Assembly (NCBI GenBank): GCA_946183755.1
Contig: CAMHCZ010000001.1
Coordinates: 1-38,714 of the forward strand
Source: an uncultured bacterium
GTDB taxonomy: Bacteria; Bacteroidota; Bacteroidia; Bacteroidales; Paludibacteraceae
DNA: 38,714 nucleotides
Reading direction: 5' to 3'
In this document: piece after piece, positions 17,727 to 27,003 of the stretch
Layout of the letters: every line of letters starts with the position of its first letter
Position numbering within the stretch: position 1 is the first letter of the stretch
Position numbers and translations under genes: made by a program
Notes under the pieces: generated by a model
The model's database searches: none
What the model saw: only the letters and a program-made list of their open reading frames with translations
Told to the model about the DNA's origin: nothing

Positions 17727-18551
17727 ATGGGAGCATATCCACTCATCGACATCGAATCCGTATTGGCAGAGAAACTGCCGAACAAGAAAATCCCGAAAGC
17801 CGCAATATGGCTTTTAAAAAAGATAATCCACCAGGACTGGATGAACGTGATGCTGAAGGACTACTACGGCGGCGCTGGCATCGAATTCGCCGAGGCCACG
17901 CTCAACTACCTAAAAGCGCACATAGAAAGCTACGGATTCGAGCGCATTGACCCGAACAAGAAATACATCTTCGTGAGCAACCACCCGCTCGGAGGACTCG
18001 ACGGAGTGTCGCTTGCCACTGTGCTCGGCACAAAATTCAAGGACGTGAAGTTCCTCGTTAACGAACTGCTCAACTACTTAGTGCCGCTGCAGCCGCTCAT
18101 AGTGCCGATAAAGGTCGGCGGCGGAATGCAGAAGAAGGAGCAAGCCGAAAGAATAGAAGAAACGCTGAACTCCGACCAGCAGCTCATAATCTTCCCTGCT
18201 GGTGCCTGCTCCAGATTCCAGGTCAAGCACGGAGTGAAAGACATGGAGTGGAAAAAGACCTTCATTGCGCAAGCCGTAAAGCACCAGAGAGACGTCATAC
18301 CTATATATTTCAAGGGACACAACTCGTTCTTCTTCTACGCGCTTTCATTCATCAGGAAGCACCTCGGCATAAAGGTCAACATCGAGCTGCTTTTCTTGGT
18401 CGACGAGATGTACAAAAACCAAGGCTCGACATTCAAAGCCTACTTTGGCGAGCCGATACCATGGCAAACATTCGTAGGCAAGAACGCAAAAAAAGAAGCC
18501 AACCGCATCAAGGAATTCATCTACGAGAAGAAAGACAAATTAGCAAAATAA
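17727..18551 (+). CDS. PlsC-like (lysophospholipid/lipid O-) acyltransferase family protein
   Basis: The track ORF opens at TTG 17700. The first ATG, at 17727 (MGAYPLIDIE...), is used here. FVSNHPLGGLDG resembles the acyltransferase His/Asp block but with H-x5-D spacing. A later IFPAGACSR block resembles acyltransferase motif III. The exact substrate is not assignable by eye. Confidence 0.65.
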   Translation: MGAYPLIDIESVLAEKLPNKKIPKAAIWLLKKIIHQDWMNVMLKDYYGGAGIEFAEATLNYLKAHIESYGFERIDPNKKYIFVSNHPLGGLDGVSLATVLGTKFKDVKFLVNELLNYLVPLQPLIVPIKVGGGMQKKEQAERIEETLNSDQQLIIFPAGACSRFQVKHGVKDMEWKKTFIAQAVKHQRDVIPIYFKGHNSFFFYALSFIRKHLGIKVNIELLFLVDEMYKNQGSTFKAYFGEPIPWQTFVGKNAKKEANRIKEFIYEKKDKLAK

Positions 18552-18593
18552 AAAAAGCCGGCGAGGAGAAATCCCCACCGGCTTCCTTTTTTT
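18552..18593. terminator. Bidirectional intrinsic terminator between convergent genes
   Basis: An A-run, then stem AAGCCGG...CCGGCTT with inner G:C pairs, then a T-run (CCTTTTTTT). It lies between the stop at 18551 (+) and the stop at 18610 (-). Confidence 0.6.
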
Positions 18594-18609
18594 AGCCAAG
18601 CCTCGATGC

Positions 18610-19473
18610 TTATCTCACGACATCCTCGAATCTTCCCATCACCTTGTACAGGACTCCGTCGCTTGTAATCATCGGCTTATAGAGTGTTCCGTCATACTCC
18701 AGATAAGTCTTGTTGTTTATAACAACTGTGTTGACATCATACTCTGGCAACTCTGGAACGATAGCTCCCATCGGAGGTGCTACAACTTCGTATGTCAATG
18801 TCACTGGGTCGTAGTGGTAATAAGTTCCCAAAGAGTAGTAATATGCCAGACTGCCGATTCTGAAAGAGAAGTACGATGCAGGGATTGTTCTCACTCTGAT
18901 GTATCTTGGAGCAGGCGCTATCACGTATCTGCCTCCCAGGAATCTGTAATACAAACCGTCGCGATAGTAGTAGTCAACACCTGAATGAACGATGTGCACA
19001 TGTCTGTCGATTCTGTCAATGTGTCTTGGGTAGTGATGAGCCACTGTTCTTGCGTCAGATCTTGGGTAGCTCTTCACTCTGCGGTCCTTGTACTTAGGCA
19101 TGTTGGCATCGTTTCTTGGCGCGTTGTTCACCACTGTGTTGTTTATCACAGTTGTGTTGCCTGAATTTCCGCCGCTGCTTCTGTACGAATTTCCGTTTCT
19201 TGAAGAAGTTCCGCTGCTAACGCTTGAACCCGAAGATGATCTTGGAGTGGCTGTTGTGACTGAGCTTCTTGACGAGCTGCCGGCACGAACCGAGCTTCCT
19301 GAATTACTACTGCCAGACGAACTTCTCAATGTAGAAGATGTCGAACTGTTTGAAGACCTAACGCTGGTGCCAGCGCTGTTTGAAGAGCTACTTCCACCAC
19401 GTCCCTGAGCGAACACGCCTAATGAGAATGTCATTGTGGCGGTCAATAATGCGATTGTAAATTTAGTTTTCAT
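18610..19473 (-). CDS. Secreted protein of unknown function: signal peptide, about 100-aa Ser/Gly/Asn/Arg low-complexity repeats, His/Arg cluster, Tyr-rich C-terminal domain
   Basis: 287 aa. MKTKFTIALLTATMTFSLGVFAQG looks like a Sec signal peptide. Then come degenerate x(6-10)-R-S-S repeats, then AHHYPRHIDRIDRHVHIVH, then YYYRDGLYYRFLGGRYVIAPAP...YYYSLGTYYHYDP...VVAPPMGAIVPELP. Confidence 0.75.
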   Translation of the reverse strand: MKTKFTIALLTATMTFSLGVFAQGRGGSSSSNSAGTSVRSSNSSTSSTLRSSSGSSNSGSSVRAGSSSRSSVTTATPRSSSGSSVSSGTSSRNGNSYRSSGGNSGNTTVINNTVVNNAPRNDANMPKYKDRRVKSYPRSDARTVAHHYPRHIDRIDRHVHIVHSGVDYYYRDGLYYRFLGGRYVIAPAPRYIRVRTIPASYFSFRIGSLAYYYSLGTYYHYDPVTLTYEVVAPPMGAIVPELPEYDVNTVVINNKTYLEYDGTLYKPMITSDGVLYKVMGRFEDVVR

Positions 19474-19570
19474 AGCCGTATGTTTTAATAGTTAATAATC
19501 CGTTTTCAACTATGCATATACAAGCGCCGTGCCAAACTCGCGCAAGACATATTGTTTTTTTAGCATAAAA

Positions 19571-21982
19571 CTATATCCGCACATCGTCAAGCCTATGCAC
19601 CGACTGCACCGGCTTTATCTTAAGCAATTCATTTGTAAGCTCGTTCACAACTTCTATATTATGCACGAGCACTCTGATTTTACAATCGAACATTCCGTCG
19701 CGAGAGATTGAATGTATCTCATCGACATCGACATCGGAGTTAGTGAATGTGGACACAAGCTGCAGCAGCACGCCCATAACATCGACACCCTGGATTTGGA
19801 GTATGACAGGGAACGATGCGGAATTCATGCTCTTCCAGTCCGCCTGCACGATTCTCTCGCCGAAGTTCGCCTTCAGCTTGTTCGCCAACGGACAGTTACG
19901 CTTATGCAACGTCACAGAGCGTCCGCCCTCGTCGATGAACGCTATAACATCATCGCCCGGTATAGGCTTGCAGCAATCCGCCACTTGGTAAGGAACCTTG
20001 TTGAGTTTCTTGTCATCTATCAGGTGCAGGACCTTCTTCTTGTCTATGACAGGCAGATTCTCATCAACGCCTGCCGCTGTGGTATTGAAACCAGCCACCG
20101 ACGGATCGAACTCCTCTGGGTGCATATTGGTCTCTGCTGTCGCTGTCGCATTAGCCACAGCTTCCGAATCAGCCAGCGAGCTCTGGAACTTGGCCTCCGG
20201 CTTCTTCTTCATCATCTTCAGCGGATTAGGCACCATCGCCGACAAATAGCCCATGATGCCCTTCTTCTTTTTCTTGTTTGTGAATATCTCATCTATGAGA
20301 TTATCCAGCCTTATCACCTTGTTGCCAATCTCATAATAAAGGTCGTTTCTGAACCTCAGATTGAAATGGTTCATGACAAGCTGCAAAGCCTGGTCATCAA
20401 GAGTTATATTCTTGCTCTTGAAGAGTTCTTCCAGCGCTTCCTTGCCAACCGCCATCACAGCTCTGTCCTCTTTTCTGAAGTAAGCCTTGAGCTTGCTCTT
20501 GGCAGAGGCTGTAGTCGTGTAATCAAGCCACTCTCTCTTAGGCTTCTGTTTCTTCGAAGTCAGCACCTCCACCTGGTCGCCAGACTCAAGCTTATTCGAC
20601 AGCGGCACCAGTTTATGGTTGACCTTGGCGCCGATGCACGTCAGACCGAGGTCAGAGTGCAGCATAAAGGCAAAGTCCAGTGCCGTCGCGCCTTGCGGCA
20701 TTGTCTTTATATCTCCCTTAGGAGTAAAGACGAATATCTCGTTTGAGAAAAGGTTAAGTTTGAATGTATCAAGGAAATCCAGCGATGACGGCTCAGGATT
20801 ATCAAGTATGTCCTTGATTGTCTTCAGCCACTTGTCAAGCTCGGTCTCGGTGCCTCCTGTGCCTTCCTTGTACTTCCAATGCGCCGATATTCCCTTCTCT
20901 GCGATTTCGTGCATTCTCTCCGACCTTATTTGCACCTCGACCCAATGACCGTCCGGACCCATAACTGTCGTGTGCAAAGCCTCGTAGCCATTTGCCTTAG
21001 GCGACGAAACCCAGTCTCGCAATCTATCTGGATGAGGACGATAGAGATTCGTTATCGCGGAATATATCATCCACGCCTGCGCTTTCTCGTCGATGTCATC
21101 CTTGCACTTGTATATTATCCTGACAGCCATTATGTCATATATCTCCTCGAAAGGCACATTCTTGGTCTGCATCTTGTGCCATATAGAATAGACTGTCTTT
21201 ATTCTTTGCTGCACTTGATACTCATAGCCCTTTTCGTCCAAGGCTTTTTTTATCGGGTCGATAAAACATCCGAAGAGGTCATCTCTTTGCTTAGAGCCCG
21301 CCAGCAGTCTATTCTGTATATCGCTGTAAATCTTAGGATTCTGATATTTAAAAGCGAGTTCCTCGAGTTCCGACTTTATTCTGAACAATCCAAGTCTGTG
21401 AGCGAATGGCGCATACAGGTACAGCGTCTCGCCAGCGATTTTCAGCTGTTTGTTCTCCGGCATCGAAGACAACGTCCGCATGTTATGAAGACGGTCCGCT
21501 ATCTTTATCATTATCACCCTAATATCCTCGGATATAGTAAGAAGCAGTTTCCTGAAGTTCTCAGCCTGCGACGAGGCATGAGTGCCGAACACGCCTCCAG
21601 AAATCTTCGTGAGTCCGTCAACAATCTTAGCAATTCTCTCGCCGAAGATATTCTGCAAATCCTCCACCGTATAGTCGGTATCCTCGACCACATCGTGCAG
21701 CAACGCCGCGCATATAGAAGTCGTGCCAAGGCCTATCTCCTTGACGACAATTCTCGCCACAGCCAAAGGATGAAGCATATACGGCTCGCCAGAACGCCTC
21801 CTGACGCCAGCATGCGCCTTGTTGGCGAACTGGAACGCCTTATCCACCAGGTCATAATTCAGATTATGCCCCGAATTTCTATAATCCTCAAGCAGCAAGT
21901 CATAGTCATGCTGAATCATCTGTCTGTCCGCCAGTTCCTGCTCTTCTGCTGTTATCGGCGGCATATTCGTTTTGTCATTCAT
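19571..21982 (-). CDS. rel: Bifunctional (p)ppGpp synthetase / hydrolase, long RelA/SpoT homologue (RSH)
   Basis: 803 aa. HD hydrolase motifs (HPLAVA...LLHDVVEDT). Synthetase motifs (YRPHPDR, GYEALHTTV, VEVQIRSERMH). A TGS region. A CC/zinc-finger region (CCKPIPGD...H..C). An ACT-like C-terminus. Confidence 0.93.
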   Translation of the reverse strand: MNDKTNMPPITAEEQELADRQMIQHDYDLLLEDYRNSGHNLNYDLVDKAFQFANKAHAGVRRRSGEPYMLHPLAVARIVVKEIGLGTTSICAALLHDVVEDTDYTVEDLQNIFGERIAKIVDGLTKISGGVFGTHASSQAENFRKLLLTISEDIRVIMIKIADRLHNMRTLSSMPENKQLKIAGETLYLYAPFAHRLGLFRIKSELEELAFKYQNPKIYSDIQNRLLAGSKQRDDLFGCFIDPIKKALDEKGYEYQVQQRIKTVYSIWHKMQTKNVPFEEIYDIMAVRIIYKCKDDIDEKAQAWMIYSAITNLYRPHPDRLRDWVSSPKANGYEALHTTVMGPDGHWVEVQIRSERMHEIAEKGISAHWKYKEGTGGTETELDKWLKTIKDILDNPEPSSLDFLDTFKLNLFSNEIFVFTPKGDIKTMPQGATALDFAFMLHSDLGLTCIGAKVNHKLVPLSNKLESGDQVEVLTSKKQKPKREWLDYTTTASAKSKLKAYFRKEDRAVMAVGKEALEELFKSKNITLDDQALQLVMNHFNLRFRNDLYYEIGNKVIRLDNLIDEIFTNKKKKKGIMGYLSAMVPNPLKMMKKKPEAKFQSSLADSEAVANATATAETNMHPEEFDPSVAGFNTTAAGVDENLPVIDKKKVLHLIDDKKLNKVPYQVADCCKPIPGDDVIAFIDEGGRSVTLHKRNCPLANKLKANFGERIVQADWKSMNSASFPVILQIQGVDVMGVLLQLVSTFTNSDVDVDEIHSISRDGMFDCKIRVLVHNIEVVNELTNELLKIKPVQSVHRLDDVRI

Positions 21983-22019
21983 AGCTCCTACCTTTTTTAT
22001 ATAACGTGGATTTCATCAT

Positions 22020-22027
22020 CAAATATA
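22020..22027 (-). promoter_or_regulatory. Candidate -7 promoter element for rel
   Basis: The minus strand reads TATATTTG (TAnnTTTG), 38 bp upstream of the rel ATG, in the 60-bp gap after the M23 peptidase gene. Confidence 0.3.
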
Positions 22028-22042
22028 ATATAATGAAGCATG

Positions 22043-23008
22043 CTAATCAAACACCTTCGCATTGTTTTCTGTGAGTTGCAGCATCTTGTCATACTCCTCG
22101 GGCGAGAGGTCCGCGTAATAATAGTTCTGCGGATTCACAGGCGAGCCGTTCACATGCACCTCGTAATGCAGATGCGAGCCTGTCGACTTACCTGTCGAGC
22201 CGACAAAGCCTATAACATCGCCTCTCCTCACCTCCTGCCCTGCCCTGACATTGAAGTCATTCATGTGGGCGTACAACGTCTCATAGCCGTAGCCATGGCT
22301 TATGATAACACACTTGCCATAACCTTGCTTCCATTCTGCCAGCGTGACCTTGCCGTCTCCAGTGGCGAAAATCTTCGTTCCGGTCGGAGCGGCGAAGTCC
22401 ATTCCTGCGTGAAACTTCAGCGTATGATACACAGGGTCCACCCTTCGCCCATAACCAGAAGCCATATATTTAAGGTCCTTGTTAAAGACCGGCTGTATGG
22501 CTGGTATATGCTCAAGCCTCTCCTTGTTGTTCTTGCTCAGTTCTATCACCTCGTCGTACGACCTGGACTGAGCATACGTCATGCGCCTCACCTCATCGAC
22601 TCTCTTCGTCGCAGCCTTCACTAAGTCCGCGTTACTCAAGTCGTCCAGATACTCGTACCTCGAACTCACATAGTCGCCCTTCCTCACACTTGACGATATT
22701 GGCTGACCGCCAAGAATCACCCTATATATATTGTCATCTCTCTGCTGAAGGTCCTCCAGCACTCCCTGCACCTCGTCAAGTCTTTTGTCCAAAAGCTTAT
22801 ATTGCGAGGTCAGGCGCTTGTTCTCCTCCCTCAGGCGTTTCTCGTACGGAGACGAGATGAAAAAGGCGAAGATGAAGAAGAAACATACGCCGAGCGAGAA
22901 TGAAGACAGCACATGAAGCAGCACCTTCTTCACTTTCTGCCAAGTGGATACTTTAATCCTTTCATAAGACAGAGTTTTAGGATTAAAGTGATATTTTGCT
23001 TTAGACAT
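22043..23008 (-). CDS. M23 (LytM-type) metallo-endopeptidase with N-terminal TM helix and coiled-coil region
   Basis: The track ORF opens at 23065. The ATG at 23008 (MSKAKYHFNP) is used here. TM segment (VLLHVLSSFSLGVCFFFIFAFFI). Intact catalytic motifs HAGMDFAAPTG (HxxxD) and GSHLHYEVH (HxH). Confidence 0.85.
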   Translation of the reverse strand: MSKAKYHFNPKTLSYERIKVSTWQKVKKVLLHVLSSFSLGVCFFFIFAFFISSPYEKRLREENKRLTSQYKLLDKRLDEVQGVLEDLQQRDDNIYRVILGGQPISSSVRKGDYVSSRYEYLDDLSNADLVKAATKRVDEVRRMTYAQSRSYDEVIELSKNNKERLEHIPAIQPVFNKDLKYMASGYGRRVDPVYHTLKFHAGMDFAAPTGTKIFATGDGKVTLAEWKQGYGKCVIISHGYGYETLYAHMNDFNVRAGQEVRRGDVIGFVGSTGKSTGSHLHYEVHVNGSPVNPQNYYYADLSPEEYDKMLQLTENNAKVFD

Positions 23009-23054
23009 TTTTCCTTTGTAAAACGTATAATTTCCAAAAATAGGAAAAATGATG

Positions 23055-23062
23055 TAATTTTG
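23055..23062 (+). promoter_or_regulatory. Candidate -7 promoter element for alaS
   Basis: TAATTTTG matches TAnnTTTG, 89 bp upstream of the alaS ATG. This implies a leader of roughly 80 nt. Confidence 0.3.
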
Positions 23063-23150
23063 CAATCCCTGAGCGAGTTATGAGCCAAGCGATTCATCTT
23101 CGCGCAACACGCGCCCACAACCGCCAGTAAACAAACATAACCAAAAACCT

Positions 23151-25772
23151 ATGACTGCTAAAGAAATAAGAAAGTCCTTTCTGGACTTCTTCGCCAGCAA
23201 AGAGCACCACATCGTGCCTTCTGCTCCTATGGTTGTAAAAAACGACCCTACACTCATGTTCACCAACGCTGGTATGAACCAGTTCAAGGACATCTTCCTG
23301 GGCAACGCCCCTCGCAAGTATCCAAGAGTGGCGGACTCACAGAAATGCCTTCGCGTGAGCGGAAAGCACAACGACCTTGAGGAAGTCGGACACGACACAT
23401 ACCACCACACCATGTTCGAGATGCTCGGCAACTGGTCGTTCGGCGATTATTTCAAGAAAGAGGCTATCTCATGGGCATGGGAATACCTGACAGAAGTGCT
23501 GAAGCTCGACAAGAGCAGACTGTACGCCACTGTATTCGAGGGCGACAAGGCCGAAGGACTCGAGAGAGACAACGAGGCTGCCGAGTTCTGGGGACAGTAT
23601 CTGCCAGAAAACAGAATCATAAACGGGAACAAGCATGACAACTTCTGGGAGATGGGCGACATGGGACCATGCGGACCATGCTCCGAGATACACATCGACC
23701 TGAGAGACGAAGCCGAGAGAGCCAAGACTCCAGGAGAGCAGCTCGTGAACAAAGACAACCCACAAGTTGTGGAGATATGGAACCTCGTATTCATGCAGTT
23801 CAACCGCAAGGCCGACGGCAAACTCGAACCGCTGCCTGCAAAATGTGTTGACACCGGCATGGGATTCGAGCGCCTCTGCATGGCAATACAAGGCAAGCAG
23901 TCGAACTACGACACTGACGTGTTCCAGCCGCTCATCAGCAAGATTGGCGAGCTGTCCAACTGCAAGTACAAGGACGACGCCAAGAAGGACATCGCCATGA
24001 GAGTTGTGGCCGACCACATAAGAACAATCGCGTTCTCAATCACTGACGGACAGCTGCCAAGCAACGCCAAGGCAGGATACGTAATCAGAAGAATCCTCCG
24101 CCGTGCCGTGAGATACGCATACACATTCCTCGGCCAGAAAGAGCCATTCCTCTGCAAGCTGCTCCCTACACTGATAGAGTCGATGGGCGAGGCTTATCCA
24201 GAGCTGGAGGCACAGAAGACACTGGTAGAGAAAGTCATAAAAGAAGAAGAGGAGTCATTCCTCCGCACATTGGAGACCGGCATCAAGCTGCTGGACGGCG
24301 TGATGGCAGAAGCCAAGAAGAACGGCAAGACTGAAATCAGCGGAAAAGACTCGTTCACACTCTACGACACATACGGATTCCCACTCGACCTCACCGAGCT
24401 CATACTCAAAGAGAACGGACTGACAACCAACGAGGAAGAATTCAACGCAGAAATGGCGAAGCAGAAGGAAAGAGCACGCAACGCCGCTGCTGTCGAGACT
24501 GGAGACTGGATTTCGATAAAGCCAGGCGAGAGCCAATTCGTGGGATACGACACTCTGGAAGCCGACACCGAAATCCTGAGATACCGCAAGGTGAAGCAGA
24601 AAAACGAGGAGATGTACCAGCTTGTCCTCAATCCTACACCATTCTATGGAGAAATGGGAGGACAGTGCGGCGACAGCGGAGTCATTGAGTGCGACGGCGA
24701 AGTTGTCAAAATCATCGACACAAAGAAGGAGAACGGACTGAGCATACACATATGCAAAAACCTGCCAAAAGACGTGACTGCGTCGTTCAAGGCTAAAGTT
24801 GACGCGAACAGACGCCAGAACATAGAAAACAACCACACAGCCACACACCTTATAGACTATGCTCTGCGCGAAGTGCTCGGCACACACGTTGAGCAGAAGG
24901 GTTCGCTCGTGACTCCAGATTACCTGCGCTTCGACTTCTCGCACTTCCAGAAAGTGACCGACGAGGAGCTCAGAAAGGCAGAACAGCTGGCAAACAGGCT
25001 TGTACGTCAGAACATCATCCTCGAGGAAGAGCGCGAAATGCCTATCGACGAGGCAAGAAAGCTCGGAGCAATGGCGCTTTTCGGCGAGAAGTACGGCGAG
25101 AAAGTGCGTGTCGTAAAGTTCGGACCAAGCATTGAGCTTTGCGGTGGAACACACACCAAGAGAACCGGCTCTATAGGAATGATAAAGATAACAGCAGAGG
25201 CTTCTGTAGCTGCAGGAGTGCGCAGAATCGAGGCTCTGACTGGCGAGAAAGCCGAAGAGTACTTCGACATGCAGCAGGACATCCTCAACGGAATAAAGAG
25301 CCTGTTCAACAACGCGCCAAACCTCGTAGCCACAATAACCAAGGAGGTTTCCGAGAACGCCGAACTGAAGAAGAAAGTCGAGGCATTCACACAGGAGAAG
25401 ATTTCAATCATGGCAGAGAAGTTCGCAAACAACGCAATCGACGTGAATGGAACAAAAGTGGTGAAAATCTCTCGCATAGCCGACTTGAACGTAGAGATGG
25501 CAAGAGGCATATCATCAATACTCAGAAACAAATTTGCCGAAGAAAAGTTCATGTTCGTTGCCGGACTGATAAACAACAACAAGCCAATGCTCTTAATCAT
25601 GATAAGCAAACCGCTTGTTGACGCAGGACTGAATGCGACAAATATTGTGAAAGAAGCAGCCAAGGAAATCGGAGGAAACGGAGGTGGACAGCCGTTCCTG
25701 GCAACTGCCGGCGGAAGCAAAGCCGAAGGCATCGACAAGGCTATAGAAGTAGCCGTGAATGCAGTAAGATAA
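23151..25772 (+). CDS. alaS: Alanine--tRNA ligase
   Basis: 873 aa. [23 protein letters not shown] and [17 protein letters not shown] motifs. Editing-domain HTATHL and CGGTH motifs. C-terminal DHHA1-like domain. Confidence 0.98.
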   Translation: MTAKEIRKSFLDFFASKEHHIVPSAPMVVKNDPTLMFTNAGMNQFKDIFLGNAPRKYPRVADSQKCLRVSGKHNDLEEVGHDTYHHTMFEMLGNWSFGDYFKKEAISWAWEYLTEVLKLDKSRLYATVFEGDKAEGLERDNEAAEFWGQYLPENRIINGNKHDNFWEMGDMGPCGPCSEIHIDLRDEAERAKTPGEQLVNKDNPQVVEIWNLVFMQFNRKADGKLEPLPAKCVDTGMGFERLCMAIQGKQSNYDTDVFQPLISKIGELSNCKYKDDAKKDIAMRVVADHIRTIAFSITDGQLPSNAKAGYVIRRILRRAVRYAYTFLGQKEPFLCKLLPTLIESMGEAYPELEAQKTLVEKVIKEEEESFLRTLETGIKLLDGVMAEAKKNGKTEISGKDSFTLYDTYGFPLDLTELILKENGLTTNEEEFNAEMAKQKERARNAAAVETGDWISIKPGESQFVGYDTLEADTEILRYRKVKQKNEEMYQLVLNPTPFYGEMGGQCGDSGVIECDGEVVKIIDTKKENGLSIHICKNLPKDVTASFKAKVDANRRQNIENNHTATHLIDYALREVLGTHVEQKGSLVTPDYLRFDFSHFQKVTDEELRKAEQLANRLVRQNIILEEEREMPIDEARKLGAMALFGEKYGEKVRVVKFGPSIELCGGTHTKRTGSIGMIKITAEASVAAGVRRIEALTGEKAEEYFDMQQDILNGIKSLFNNAPNLVATITKEVSENAELKKKVEAFTQEKISIMAEKFANNAIDVNGTKVVKISRIADLNVEMARGISSILRNKFAEEKFMFVAGLINNNKPMLLIMISKPLVDAGLNATNIVKEAAKEIGGNGGGQPFLATAGGSKAEGIDKAIEVAVNAVR

Positions 25773-25796
25773 AAGCGGCACCGCTCAACATAACAG

Positions 25797-25835
25797 ATAA
25801 GCAGGATCAAACATTTGATTCTGCTTATTTTTTTC
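25797..25835 (+). terminator. Intrinsic terminator of alaS
   Basis: ATAAGCAGGATCAAA / CA loop / TTTGATTCTGCTTAT gives a 15-bp stem with one G:T pair, followed by TTTTTTT. Confidence 0.75.
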
Positions 25836-25873
25836 GCCAGTGGAATTTATGCAACAACTTCAAATTTGTACTC

Positions 25874-25911
25874 ATTACATATTTGTAATTTAAAAATTAT
25901 GCATATCTTTG
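25874..25911 (+). promoter_or_regulatory. Candidate promoter of the Fur-family/rubrerythrin operon with an overlapping palindromic operator
   Basis: -33 TTTG at 25882-25885. After an 18-nt spacer, -7 TATCTTTG at 25904-25911. The perfect inverted repeat ATTACA-TATT-TGTAAT (25874-25889) overlaps the -33 element. The half-site-like ATTTGTA recurs at 25864-25870. Confidence 0.4.
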
Positions 25912-25945
25912 TCACAAGAGAGTATTTAACACAAAGCGAGACAAA

Positions 25946-26359
25946 ATGAGCGCAGCTGCAGAAAGACTGAAAGAATACGGCATTAAACCTTCTGTGCAGA
26001 GAGTGGCGATTATGGAATATCTATTAAACCACAAGACCCACCCTACAGTGGACATGATACACCACGAACTGTCAGAGAAGATAGAGACGCTATCAAAAAC
26101 AACGGTCTATAACACGCTGAAACTATTTGCTGAGGCTGGCGCGATATTAACACTCAACATCGACGAGAATACGACAAGATACGACGGCGACACGAGTCAC
26201 CACGCCCACTTCAAGTGCATGTGCTGCGGAGACATCTACGACATGACGCCAAGCGACCAAGACTGGGACAAAATCGGATTCAAGAACGGCGATGGCTTCA
26301 AAATAACAGAAGAAGAATTGTATTTAAAGGGATATTGCCCGAAATGCAACAAACAATAG
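25946..26359 (+). CDS. Fur-family metalloregulator, PerR-like by context
   Basis: 137 aa. N-terminal winged-helix (GIKPSVQRVAIMEYLL...HPTVDMIH). SHHAHFKCMCCGDIYD and CPKC supply the two Cys pairs of the structural Zn site. It lies 34 bp upstream of a rubrerythrin gene. Confidence 0.85.
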   Translation: MSAAAERLKEYGIKPSVQRVAIMEYLLNHKTHPTVDMIHHELSEKIETLSKTTVYNTLKLFAEAGAILTLNIDENTTRYDGDTSHHAHFKCMCCGDIYDMTPSDQDWDKIGFKNGDGFKITEEELYLKGYCPKCNKQ

Positions 26360-26393
26360 AAACCAATATTTTATCAACTAAAACCAATCAACT

Positions 26394-26945
26394 ATGAAAA
26401 AGAAATTCATCTGCACAGTATGCGGCTATGTACACGAAGGCGACAGCGCACCAGAAAAATGCCCACAATGCGGCGTGCCAGCGTCTAAGTTCAAAGAAGT
26501 AGAAGAGAACGGCGGTCTGAACTTTGTGACTGAGCACGAGCTCGGAGTAGCAAAGGGATGCAGCGAAGAAATGATCAAGGATCTGAATGCGCATTTCAAT
26601 GGCGAGTGCTCGGAAGTGGGCATGTACTTGGCGATGAGCCGACAGGCCGACAGAGAAGGCTATCCAGAGATTGCCGAGGCTTTCAAGCGCTACGCATGGG
26701 AAGAGGCTGAGCACGCAGCAAAGTTCGCAGAACTGCTCGGCGACATCGTTTGGGACACTAAGACAAACCTCGAGAAGAGAATGATGGCTGAGTCAGGCGC
26801 ATGCGAGGACAAAATGCGCATCGCTAAGAACGCGAAGGCTCAGAACCTCGACGCTATCCACGACACAGTGCATGAGATGGCTAAGGACGAGGCTCGTCAC
26901 GGCAAGGGTTTCGAAGGACTCTTCAACAGATACTTCAAGAAATAA
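26394..26945 (+). CDS. rbr: Reverse rubrerythrin (N-terminal rubredoxin-like domain, C-terminal diiron ferritin-like domain)
   Basis: 183 aa. [10 protein letters not shown]...CPQCG sits at the N-terminus, the opposite order from classical rubrerythrin. Diiron ExxH motifs EEAEH and DEARH. Confidence 0.92.
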   Translation: MKKKFICTVCGYVHEGDSAPEKCPQCGVPASKFKEVEENGGLNFVTEHELGVAKGCSEEMIKDLNAHFNGECSEVGMYLAMSRQADREGYPEIAEAFKRYAWEEAEHAAKFAELLGDIVWDTKTNLEKRMMAESGACEDKMRIAKNAKAQNLDAIHDTVHEMAKDEARHGKGFEGLFNRYFKK

Positions 26946-26967
26946 TACCTTTTGAACATAAATAAAG

Positions 26968-27002
26968 AAAAGCGGTTCCGAGCAAATTCGGAACCGCTTT
27001 TT
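26968..27002. terminator. Bidirectional intrinsic terminator between rbr and pgeF
   Basis: AAAAGCGGTTCCG / AGCAAATT loop / CGGAACCGCTTTT gives a perfect 13-bp stem flanked by A- and T-runs. It sits between the stops at 26945 (+) and 27004 (-). Confidence 0.75.
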
Positions 27003-27003
27003 G

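Noticed and set aside
17603-17785. 60-aa minus-strand ORF in the mraZ/acyltransferase intergenic region.
   Set aside because: It overlaps the acyltransferase start, has an implausible composition, and lies in AT-rich promoter DNA. Most likely spurious.
19088-19408. 106-aa Leu/Glu/Pro-rich plus-strand ORF with apparent repeats.
   Set aside because: It is the complement image of the Ser/Arg-rich repeat region of the 18610-19473 gene (AGC/TCT/GAA complements). It has no signal peptide, start context or promoter.
20000-20330. About 70-aa low-complexity insertion in Rel/SpoT (KKKKKGIMGYL...SLADSEAVANATATAETNMHPEEFDPSVAGFNTTAAGVDENLP) between the helical and CC/zinc-finger regions.
   Set aside because: It looks like a disordered linker expansion. 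All catalytic and regulatory domains flanking it are intact. It does not by itself indicate novel function.
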